A stretch of 64,000 bases of DNA from Thecamonas trahens ATCC 50062 (Eukaryota > Protista > Apusomonadida): contig NW_013657657.1 of assembly GCF_000142905.1 (NCBI RefSeq), positions 248,001-312,000 on the forward strand, given 5' to 3'. The translations under genes and the position numbers were made by a program. Positions 1-9,429 of this stretch are shown one piece after another. Below the pieces are notes generated by a model, which was given only the letters and a program-made list of their open reading frames with translations, was not told the origin of the DNA and did no database searches. The stretch's first letter is position 1. Each line of letters begins with the position of its first letter.

Positions 1-1
1 A

Positions 2-583
2 GAATCGATCGCCGCCGCCCCGCGAGTCGCCCGCGTCGCCCTTGCCCTGCCGAGCCCGGACATTGCCCGCCTCACAGAGCTCTGGCCGGCGCTGGCAAAG
101 GCGGTGGCGGATGGCCTTGTTGGAGAGCTTGCAGTTGTCGACGTCTCGGCCGGCGATCTCGCCACCCTCTGCGACACCGTCACCACCCCGCCTACCATGG
201 TCCTCATCTCCAGGGACTCGGGCCTGTACAGTCCCGATCTTGTGGACATCGCCAAGGCTCGCAACATTACCATCGCCGCCCACAACATGGCGCCGTGCGC
301 AGAGATGCTCAGCAAGCTCCCGCTCTCCAGCCTCTGCTCGCTCCTCGCTCAGCGCGGTGTCTTTTCGCCGTCGCCGCTCGCGCCGCCAGTCTGCCCGATC
401 TCCTCTACCGCCGCCACAGATGCAAAGCCCGCCTGGGTCCCCACCTGGCTCGCCATGGAGCAGACGCTCAACGTCTGCCGCTCGCTCATCGCCTCGCGTT
501 CGTTTGTTGTCTCACTCGACATCCCGGAAATCTGCACTCGCTCGCTCGTCTCGGCGCCCGAGCCGAACCCGTCGCAGGAGTAG
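2..583 (+). CDS. GCLM: Glutamate-cysteine ligase modifier subunit (aldo-keto reductase-like), 3' part; 5' end lies before the window
   Basis: Frame is open from base 2 to TAG at 583. LTELWPALAKAVADGLVGELAVVDV...PDLVDIAKARNITIAAHN...WVPTWLAMEQTLNVCRSLIASRSFVV parallels the GCLM pattern YWEELENLV..KIVAIGTSDL...PDLTAFAKQFDIQLLTHND...WVPLWLLRYSVIVKSRGIIKSKGYIL. Confidence 0.7.
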   Translation, partial: ESIAAAPRVARVALALPSPDIARLTELWPALAKAVADGLVGELAVVDVSAGDLATLCDTVTTPPTMVLISRDSGLYSPDLVDIAKARNITIAAHNMAPCAEMLSKLPLSSLCSLLAQRGVFSPSPLAPPVCPISSTAATDAKPAWVPTWLAMEQTLNVCRSLIASRSFVVSLDIPEICTRSLVSAPEPNPSQE

Positions 584-698
584 ACCAGCCATGCCACGCT
601 ACCTCTGCCTCCTCTTACTCTCTCCTTCCTCTTCTTACCCTGTTCCGCCAAAAACAAACGACCACAGCAATCGACGACGGCCTCGCCAGGCGTTCAGT

Positions 699-1670
699 CT
701 ATGGCGGCGTGTACGGCGGCGCAGCCTCGTAGTCTGGCGCTTCTAGACCAGCAGGCGCCTCAGCCCACACGCCCGTCGTCAGAAACGTGATCATTGTCTC
801 TAGCGCCGGCGCCACCTGCCCGCATCGCGCCACAGCCTCATCCGTGGCAGCCAGCACGCCGTCATAGTCAAAGCCCATTTCCAGCAGCTGCGCCACTCGC
901 CCATCGACCCACACCGGGCCCGTCGCAGTGGCCAGTGCCATCACTCCGTCATCATCCCATTCCTCGTCCTTACCCTTACCCACGGCTGGTGAGCTCACCG
1001 GCACCCCGATGTGGATCTTTGGCCCGGCCGGCGGCGTGTAGACCGGCAGCTCTACGCTGTCGTCGTCACGCCGACTGCCACCGCCAACAGGCGCAACATA
1101 CGCTGGTAGATCCACATCCTCCTCGTCAACCACCTCCTTACCCTTGCCAACCACGTCCGGCGGTGGTGCCAAGGCGCCTGGCCCCAGCCGGACCGGCGGC
1201 GGACCGACCGGATCGCACGCATCGGCCTCGGCGTACGCCGGCGGCAGGACGGGACGCCGGATAGAAGCCGGGACCGCAGCAGATGAAACAGGCGCAACAG
1301 CCACGCGCTCTCCAGGCACATCAGTGGTGTGAGAGCCGGCTGTGCGGTCCGGCAGGCCACGGCCGCGCTGCAGAGTGGCAACGTGATCGGCGACCTCTCG
1401 GTAGCTGGCATCAAAGGCCTCCCACGCCGGTGCGGCATAAGGCGGTGGAAGACCAAGCAGGGCTGCACGGAGCGCACTAACAGCCTCCTCCCGGTCGTGG
1501 CGGGCGATGTGGATGCGGCGGGAACAGGACGATCGGCCGCAGCGGAGGGCAAAGACGGCGGTGGGCGAGGCGGCGCTTAGCGCCGAGAGAACGTCGGCGG
1601 CGGCAAGAACACAGCCACAGCCAGGAAAGGCAACCGTCTCTGCTCCAGGCGGAGCATCAGCCGAGGCCAT
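699..1670 (-). CDS. Hypothetical protein with an N-terminal Cys cluster, several PY (PPxY/LPxY) motifs and a C-terminal UBA-like domain
   Basis: ATG at 1670 (MASADAPP...). Motifs PPPY, PPAY, LPAY, LPVY. UBA signature VAQLLEMGFD. Confidence 0.65.
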   Translation of the reverse strand: MASADAPPGAETVAFPGCGCVLAAADVLSALSAASPTAVFALRCGRSSCSRRIHIARHDREEAVSALRAALLGLPPPYAAPAWEAFDASYREVADHVATLQRGRGLPDRTAGSHTTDVPGERVAVAPVSSAAVPASIRRPVLPPAYAEADACDPVGPPPVRLGPGALAPPPDVVGKGKEVVDEEDVDLPAYVAPVGGGSRRDDDSVELPVYTPPAGPKIHIGVPVSSPAVGKGKDEEWDDDGVMALATATGPVWVDGRVAQLLEMGFDYDGVLAATDEAVARCGQVAPALETMITFLTTGVWAEAPAGLEAPDYEAAPPYTPP

Positions 1671-1774
1671 GTTCCAGAGCGGAGCGGGGCGAGAGAGAGC
1701 GCGCGAAAGAGAGAGAGAGAGAGGTGCGCCACGACAGTGGTACAGGAGGTTGCGATGTACGGGTGCGGGGGGGC

Positions 1775-1955
1775 NNNNNNNNNNNNNNNNNNNNNNNNNN
1801 NNNNNNNNNNNNNNNNNNNNNNNNNNNNNNNNNNNNNNNNNNNNNNNNNNNNNNNNNNNNNNNNNNNNNNNNNNNNNNNNNNNNNNNNNNNNNNNNNNNN
1901 NNNNNNNNNNNNNNNNNNNNNNNNNNNNNNNNNNNNNNNNNNNNNNNNNNNNNNN
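1775..1955. other. Assembly gap (N run) flanked by G- and C-tracts
   Basis: Run of N. Confidence 0.99.
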
Positions 1956-1989
1956 CTCCCTCCCCCCCCCGGAACTACACACACCACTC

Positions 1990-2320
1990 ATGGAATCATT
2001 GTTACCCCTCAACGACAACCACATGGCCATCGGCATTCAACACAAACAGGGGCGCCGACTTGATCATCTTCATCATCGAGTACCCGGCGCCGGGTCGGAA
2101 CAAGTCGGCCTCAGAGGTCATCTTGCACAAGTATGTGGGCTTTGTCGGTACTTCTGTCTTCTCCAACTTTTACATCAGAGCTGGTATGTACTTCATCATC
2201 GCATGCGTCTGCTTTGCCGGCCTCCCGCTCATCGTCTGCGGCCTCATCCTCATGATTGCAGCCTTTATCTACGGTTACGCAGGCTACAACGGCGAGACCG
2301 TCAACAAGGGCCGTCGCTAA
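1990..2320 (+). CDS. CYBA: Cytochrome b-245 light chain (p22phox) homolog; 5' part in the gap or in low-quality sequence
   Basis: IIFIIEYPAPGRNK...FSNFYIRAGMYFIIACVCF...LILMIAAFIYGYAGYNGE matches p22phox LLEYPRGKR...TRNYYVRAVLHLLLSVPAG...LAIASGIYLLAAVRGE. Upstream fragments (GIIVT, HMAIGI) are in shifted frames next to the gap. Confidence 0.75.
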
Positions 2321-2338
2321 GTGCTAAAGTCAACCACA

Positions 2339-4128
2339 CTACACGGTCGCCTCGACCAAGACCCGCAGCCGCTCGATAGCCTGGGTACTCTGGGTAGCCA
2401 CATAGTTCTTGACCGACGAGAGCAGCCAGCCCTTGAGATCGACGCAGTTGATGTACGTGACACGCGTGCCGCCATCTGATGGCTCGAGTACGTAGCCGGC
2501 AAAGTGAAGGTGCGCCCGAACGTATTCGCGCCCGGCCGGCGCACCGCTGTGCTCGACAGAGAACGACACAATGTGGATAGCGCCATCAGCCTGGACCGTC
2601 GAGCCGGCGAGGACCACCATGTCACGGCCCTGCACCGGGCCCGGCGCGCTAAACGCGTAGTGCGTGATGCGGTATCTCTCGTTGAATATCTCTAGGTAGC
2701 TGTGTGAGACAAACATCGGGTCCCACTCGCCACGCCGGCTCGTGTCTCGCAGCAGCGCGTACACATGAGCAGGCGGCGCGGCAATGTTGCCAACGCCCTT
2801 GACTGCAAACAGGGAGGTGCCGGCGTGCTTGCGGCGGAACGACTCAACCCCACCCGAGGAGCCCACATGCACCCATCCCTCGTCGCGGGCGTAAACCTCG
2901 AGCTGCGTGTACGCCCCGGCAATGGCATCCTCGTATCCGGCCGGCCACTCGCTGCGACCAGACGTGCCAATGCCGTACACAGCCTCGACCACACCCGGTC
3001 CGTCCTCGCGCGGTGACGACTCCAACCCCGCAATTGACGACGGTGGCGTACGGTATTCGTCGGCGTCAACAAAGTCGTACTCATCGTATTCGTCTGACGA
3101 CAGCCGCGAGCTGCTCAAGCCTACTCTCCGCACCTCGCTCGCCCCGATCGAGCCGTACATCGATCGCGCCGGTGACGGCGACGGCAGTGCTGGTGACGAC
3201 GAGTGCAGCCGCGACCGCCGCGCGCTCAGCGGCGACCGCGGCGCTTGCAGCGAGCCCGACGTGCCCGACGGAGGAAGCGAGGCAAACAGCAGCCGCTCAC
3301 GCTCGCGGTCCGCCTCCTTTGCCAGCGCCTGCGCCCGTTCCTGCGACCGAATCCGCAGCCGCCGGTAAAAGACCAGCGTCTCGAGCCAGGCCGAGACAAA
3401 GAAGCCAAACATAATGATCACCGCCATAGACTCGACCCCTCCCTTGGCCTCCCAACCGCCCAGCGAGAACATTGCCGCCTTCACTACCGCATACACCGTA
3501 GTGGCTCCCGTTGCCGCATACAGCAAGCCCATTCCGTGGATATCGTACACCCCATACGCCAGCCCCAGGCCTGCTGATCGACCTGCAGAGAAGCAGAGAA
3601 CATCAAACAGCGACGATGAAAAGGTAAACGCCTTTGCCTGTTCTGTGATAAACGATCTCGAGCCCGTACTGTTACCCTCAAGCCCACACATCCCGCCCAA
3701 ACGACGTTGTACCCACACATCGCACCCACACATACGTTGCGTTGATCAGTCGCGGTGTGAGCCACCCGCCACCCGCCACACACCACCCACCACCGGCCAC
3801 CAGCCCAGTCACCATCACCAAGCCCAATACACACATAAACGCATATACACACACATCCAATCACCATATATCATCTACACAGTAAGTGGGTGGGTGATGA
3901 TGGGAGGAGGGAGGATGAAGGGGCGGGGAGGGGGCGGGGAGGGGGGGTGGGGGTGGGGGGGGTGCTGGCGAGTCATCATCAACAGGTCACAGGTTTGGTT
4001 TGGGGGGGGGGGGGGGGGGGGAGGGGGGGGAAGGAAGGCATGACGTACGAGATACCAGAGACGAGAAAGAGGATGAACAGGGCAGCTATGTTAAATACGC
4101 ATGTGAGAGCAAACACATGGTCGCCCAT
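2339..4128 (-). CDS. STARD3: STARD3/MLN64-like sterol transfer protein (MENTAL 4-TM domain + FFAT-like linker + START domain); 2 or more exons
   Basis: join(4049..4128, 2339..3668). Phase-2 intron 3669..4048 (GTACGT...AACAG) keeps the frame. MENTAL motifs SLFDV..R..GL.LAY, VKA and SAWLET. START motifs RGEWDP and PVQGRDMV. A further short upstream exon (ATG ~4263) is possible. Confidence 0.8.
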
Positions 4129-4336
4129 TACCGGCACAGGACCCCACCTCTGGACGAGTGCACAGTTGGGTGGTCAGTGGTCAGAGTCGGCGAACGCTCC
4201 GCTCAAGACGACAGACAGCACTTCAGCTACCTGCCTCGATCCGCCCCCGCGCATTGCGCGCATACACACACACACACACACACACAAGTTCAGTGATATT
4301 CCACTTTAACACACTTTAAGCTTTTATTCTCATCGC

Positions 4337-6458
4337 TCAACGCAGCAGCTCGCCAAGGGTGGCAACCCGCCACTCGCCTTCGCCACCAATAAAGATCTCC
4401 TCGCGGGCGCCGTGGAGCACGACGTCGATGCCATTGGCGCGGTTGTCCTGGACAACGGCAAAGACAGGGAGGCCCAACGAAGCCGCAACTCTGCCTGTCG
4501 TCTCGAGTCGCGCATCGTGGTCGAGGAGGAATCGTTCCACGAGCTCGCGGAAGCTGAGCTCGACTCGCGCAGGCGGGCCTGCCGCAGCGTCTCCTGCACC
4601 GCGGCGGACTCCAGCCCGCGCTTTGCCGGAGAGATCCTGTGATGCCAGGAGTTGCTGTATGCGCTCTGGAACGAGGGCAAGCCATGCTGTACGAGACAAC
4701 GGCGGCGCACGGTCAAGATACGCCAGCGCCTCAGCCGCAAGCTCGGCGACTACAACTTGTGGCAGAATGTCGAGCCAGGCAAAGAGCGGGTGAAGGAGCC
4801 GCGGGTGGGCCGGCGGATCGGCAAAGGCAAGCGGCGACGCAAACGAGCTTGCGATCCAAGTCTTGAGCGTCGGCACAACTCGCTTGGCCAGTGCACGCTC
4901 GACCACCGCTCGCAGTGGTGCCAGCGGAAGCTGTGCCCACGGCATGAGCCAGTCCAGCGCGTCGGCCGGCGACTCGGCCTGCCACGACGCGAGTGCCCGA
5001 CCAAATGCCGGGCCGACCACAGGCGCAAGCGCCGCCGCCCCGGCTGCCCCAAGGTGCGGAAGCCATGGCAGGACAACGTGGGTAAGCGCAAAGCCAAGAT
5101 CGCGGCCCGCGCCTGCAGAGTCCAGCGCCCGCCCGAGCCCGGGTACCACCGACTCGACAATGAGGTGAGCCCGGACGTGGAGCGGGAGCTCGTCGCGCCA
5201 TGCCTCAAACAGCTCCAGCGCCGGATCGTCAGCACTATCGGTCGCACCCGCTTGCCACTGCGTCACCAGCGCTCGCTTGACCGGCGGGAGCCAAAGTGCC
5301 TCCACCGCAAGCGCGTAGCCCGACGGCGCACCCATGGCTCCGGGTGCTGCGGAGAGGAGCGGCTTCCACTTGGCAAAGATCTCGATCCCGTGGGCCGGCG
5401 CCCTCAGCGGACGCCACGCCTCAACAGCGGCAGTAAGATGCGGCCAGGCCAGCGGTAGCGCTAGGTCTGCGAGTCCGAGCAGAGCTGATGTCTCTGGCTC
5501 TGACACGAGAAGCGAGCCGAGCGCCACTGCTGCCGACCCCGGGTCGTCGTCGTGCGCTACGTCTGCCCCCGCTGCCGCCAATTTGGCTGCAGACTCTGCC
5601 GCCACCCCAGCAGCATCGGCCTTTTCGTCAGCCGTCGTCACTGCTGCCTGCAGCGAAGCCACCTGGGTACGAGCCTTGGTGGCCTTGGCCGCCGCGCCGC
5701 GGAGATCAGCATCGATAAAGTCGGCCAGCGACCGCAGATTGTACTGCAGCTCCGGCAGCGCCGCCGCTGGCGCGCTAGACTTTCTCTGTACCCCCGAGCC
5801 CGAGAGCGAGGTCACCTTGCGTGGCCCGCCTTCAACCGTCATGTCGATGATGGTCAATGGCTCGGGAGCGTGATCGACCTCGGCGCTGGCGGCGTACTTG
5901 GCGGCCAGCTCCTCCGCTGTCGCGTACTTTGGCCGGTGCGACGAGACCTTGCTCGCACGCCAGCGCTTGGTAGCGCGAGCGGGAACGGCAGCTGTTGCGG
6001 CAGACTTGGTTGCCGACGGAGGCGACTCGACCTTCTCCTTGAACCCGCCGAACGCGATGCCCTTGCCCTTGGGCCGGAGCTTGACTCGGATCGGCTCTGC
6101 GATGCCCTGCCGATCCTTGCCGAGGCCCTCTCCAGGCTGCCATCCCATTTTGCGAAGCAATGACGAGCCAACACCCTTGGTGTGGGCATCAAACGAGGCG
6201 CCAAGCTCCCCGCCATTCCCTCTGCTCCCACCTCTGACACCAGAGCCCAGCCCGCCCCGCCCGCTGCCGAGCCCACCTCGACCAGGCGCGCTCCCTAGGC
6301 CAACCCGAGCAGTCTCGCCTCCCAACCCGCTACGACCTCCGGCTTGCCCACTCCCTGCCCCCACAAACGAGACGCCTACGCCTTTGCGTGCCCTCTTGCG
6401 TGCCGGCCCGCCCGACGCAGACGACGAGGTCGAGAACGAGTACGAGGTGCTCGAGCTT

Positions 6459-6490
<32 letters not shown>

Positions 6491-6529
6491 GCCCGAGCTC
6501 GCGCCTGAAGACGACATGCCCGCCTCCAT
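4337..6529 (-). CDS. TFIP11: Tuftelin-interacting protein 11 / Ntr1-like spliceosome disassembly factor (G-patch + GCFC domain)
   Basis: G-patch HTKGVGSSLLRKMGWQPGEGLGKDRQGIAEPI, followed by LPELQYNL (TFIP11 PELxHNL) and the helical GCFC region with a W.PL..P..G motif. Confidence 0.85.
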
Positions 6530-6537
6530 CTCCTCCC

Positions 6538-7202
6538 TCAATGCTCGCAACAAGAAAAGTGACGTGTGCCTCTCTGTCTGTCTTCTCTGCCCCGTCGACC
6601 GTCGTCGTCGTCGTTGCCGACGTCGTCGTCGTCGTCAAGCAGCCCAGTGTGCGACTCGGCGCGCTCGACTCTTGTTGAGCCACCATCAGGGCGCTGCTTG
6701 TGGTTGGTACTCGACAAATTGTCGTTGCCTTCCATTGCGCACGCGCCCTCGAAGACCCCTACCACTGCCATTAGCATCATCGCATCTCGTGGCAAAGTGC
6801 ACGCACCTACAATGGCTTGCATGTCTGCATCAAGATCAGCGGCAGCAGTACAGCCACGGCAACAACGTTGCCTGGGTGTGATTGCGGCATGCGTCGAGCC
6901 GGCTTCATCAACCGCCAGATCTGGCGGAGCTCCGCAGTACAAACACGTTCCAAGCTCGATAGCTAGTTGCATCGCAACACGAGCCCTCGGCCCATCCAAG
7001 CAGGGATGAAAGCTCTGAGCGGTAGATGGGCATATCGCAGAGCGACGCCTGCGGGCACGTGACTGGGCGGTCAGCAAGCACAAATTTGGCGCGCGCGCGA
7101 AGGTCGAGCAGGCATGACGTCACCTGCAGGTGTACGTCATAGACAGCACGAAGAAGGCGATGTTGAGGCAAGAACAGACAGGATGTAGAGGAGAGAGCAT
7201 GT
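6538..7202 (-). CDS. Possible small Cys-rich hypothetical protein (uncertain, maybe 2 exons)
   Basis: 181-aa ORF with CLYC...CCRGC. A possible short intron GTGACG...CTGAC...GCAG near 7050-7125 would join it to an upstream ATG. No recognisable family. Confidence 0.25.
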
Positions 7203-7857
7203 AGAGGGAGTAGGTGAGAGTGAGTGGCAAATCGAGGAGGTGGGAAGGAGGTGGCATTGCAGGCGAGGGTCTGCCATCAGCACGTGGGCTCGGCGATTAT
7301 GCACACCCGTCTCCACCACCACACAGTCTACAACAGGACCACTTCCTTGAGGCTTGACGTCGAGGACGGGGAGGAGCGCGGAGGAGGAAGAAGAAGAAGA
7401 AGAAAGTTACCACAAGCATTTACATAGGCAACCTACTCGGTGTGTAGAACCCCTGAGCAAGACTTGCCCGCTGTACCTACTCCCACCCAGACCACCCCCT
7501 TGGACGCTTGGAACACCACGTCGCTGTGATTGATTGATTGATTGCTGGATTTTTCCCCCGCCATCGAATTGTTGCACGTTCAAACACCAGTCACCGACAA
7601 CAGTAGCAGCAACAGGCTCGAGCTCCAAGAGCAACAACAACCACGTCAGCAGCCCCAAAAAAATAATCATTGGCTTGCTCACACAGCACATACCAACGGA
7701 ATCGCTTCGCTTGCTGTCTACCTTTGTGTACTTGCTTGCCTGACCTGTTACTCGGTCGTCCCGACGGTCATCCTGATCACTTGCTGCTTCACGCTCATAC
7801 TTTGATCACCACTACTACTCCAACTACTACTACTACTACGACGACGACGACTGCACC

Positions 7858-9060
7858 ATGGACGGCACGCCCCCCAGCCCTGCCACCATTCAGGTCCAGA
7901 TCGCACCAGGCGAGCGGCTCGCCGAGCTAGCGTTTCTGGCGGTTCTTGGCCGTCTGCTACTGGCTTGCGTCCTTGGCGCAGCCATCGGACTCCAGCGCGA
8001 GCTGGCGCGCAACACGGCTGGCCTGAGAACGCATCTACTAGTCTCACTCGGCTCATGTCTTATCATGCTCACGTCGCAGCATGGATTTAACGAGGATCCG
8101 CGGACCGGTGATCCAGCACGGATGGCAGCTCAGGTTGTGTCAGGCATTGGCTTTCTCGGTGCCGGCGCCATCATTCGGCGCGGCCCTGTGGTGCGCGGCC
8201 TGACAACTGCTGCGTCGCTCTGGGTCTCAGCTGGCCTCGGCCTGGCAGTCGGCACAGGCTACTGGATCGCCGCCCTCCTCACCACCACACTCACCATTGT
8301 CTCGCTTGTGGTACTCAAGGCCATCGAGCGGTCGTTTATTTCGCCGCGCGAGACCCGCGTGGTCTCGATGCACGACGTGACGTGGGACCAGGTCCAGGCT
8401 TGCATCAACCAAATGCGCAAAGAGTCAATTGTCATTCTCTCCATCAAGTCAGCGTCGTCGGACACCCCGGTGGCTGAGGACGCAACACCGCTGGTTAACG
8501 TCGACCTCGTTGTCCGCCTGCCCAAGTCGGCGTCAGGTTCGCACATGGTCGACACTCTCTCCACCATCATTGTCTCGTCCATCCCGCAGCTCGAGCATGC
8601 GCCGCAGGCGCCCTCAGTTGCAGCCATGGCCGAAGAGGGCGATGGCACGTCTGACGACTCGCGCGCCCGCAAGCCCATTGCTTTCCGCCGTGCCCGTGCC
8701 GCCATCCCCATGCCTTCAGTCTCAGTCGAGACCGTCAAGGGCGCCGCCAACGACCGCCGCCGCCGCAAGTCGCAGCCAAACAACGTCTCGCACTCGCGCT
8801 CGGTCTCGCGCTGCCCCTCGCCCGACGGCCGTAAGCTGGTCGATGCCATCCGCGCTCTCGAGCGCTCACAGAGCCCGCCGCGCGCCGCGCGAAGCCCGGG
8901 TGTCCCCGGAACCGGCGCCACCATCGCCATCTCTGACCCGGTCCGTGTTGTCACCAATCCGCCGGCCATCTCGCTCGAGGGCTCGCCCGAGGTCTCGAGT
9001 CTCGAGCTCGAGTTCGAAGACGAGGAGTTCTCCTACATGTCGTACTCGGACTACATGTAG
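7858..9060 (+). CDS. mgtC: MgtC/SapB family membrane protein with a C-terminal ACT-like region and a disordered tail
   Basis: Diagnostic MgtC motifs GAAIGLQRE, AGLRTHLLVSLGS, DPARMAAQVVSGIGFLGAGAI, VRGLTTAASLW. Confidence 0.92.
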   Translation: MDGTPPSPATIQVQIAPGERLAELAFLAVLGRLLLACVLGAAIGLQRELARNTAGLRTHLLVSLGSCLIMLTSQHGFNEDPRTGDPARMAAQVVSGIGFLGAGAIIRRGPVVRGLTTAASLWVSAGLGLAVGTGYWIAALLTTTLTIVSLVVLKAIERSFISPRETRVVSMHDVTWDQVQACINQMRKESIVILSIKSASSDTPVAEDATPLVNVDLVVRLPKSASGSHMVDTLSTIIVSSIPQLEHAPQAPSVAAMAEEGDGTSDDSRARKPIAFRRARAAIPMPSVSVETVKGAANDRRRRKSQPNNVSHSRSVSRCPSPDGRKLVDAIRALERSQSPPRAARSPGVPGTGATIAISDPVRVVTNPPAISLEGSPEVSSLELEFEDEEFSYMSYSDYM

Positions 9061-9429
9061 TCGCAGGACCTTAAACCCATGGAACACTGAGCATCTTGTC
9101 AGGTCTTACAATGAACTCGACGCGTGGAGAACAGTTCAAAGCATGCTGGGTGATGCACGATGCGAGCGACGAAGACACCGACCATAAGCCTGTTGGACCT
9201 TGAGTATCTACGGTGGAAGACAAAGAACATGAGGAAAGCAAACCCACTTAATACACACATACTCTCTCTCTCTTATACCGTCAACCCCCCAGGACCCATC
9301 AATCATATACCAGATCCTCATCTGCACGCTGTCGTGTCGTCTTTCATTTGCTTGATCACGCAACTTGAGGCACCTCTCCCTAGGCCCCCCCCCCCCCCCC
9401 ACCGCTCCCTCTCTCCCTCCTCTCTCACC

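Noticed and set aside
7400-7805. Short hydrophobic ORFs upstream of mgtC
   Set aside because: No recognisable family or convincing start or splice structure; likely UTR or intergenic.
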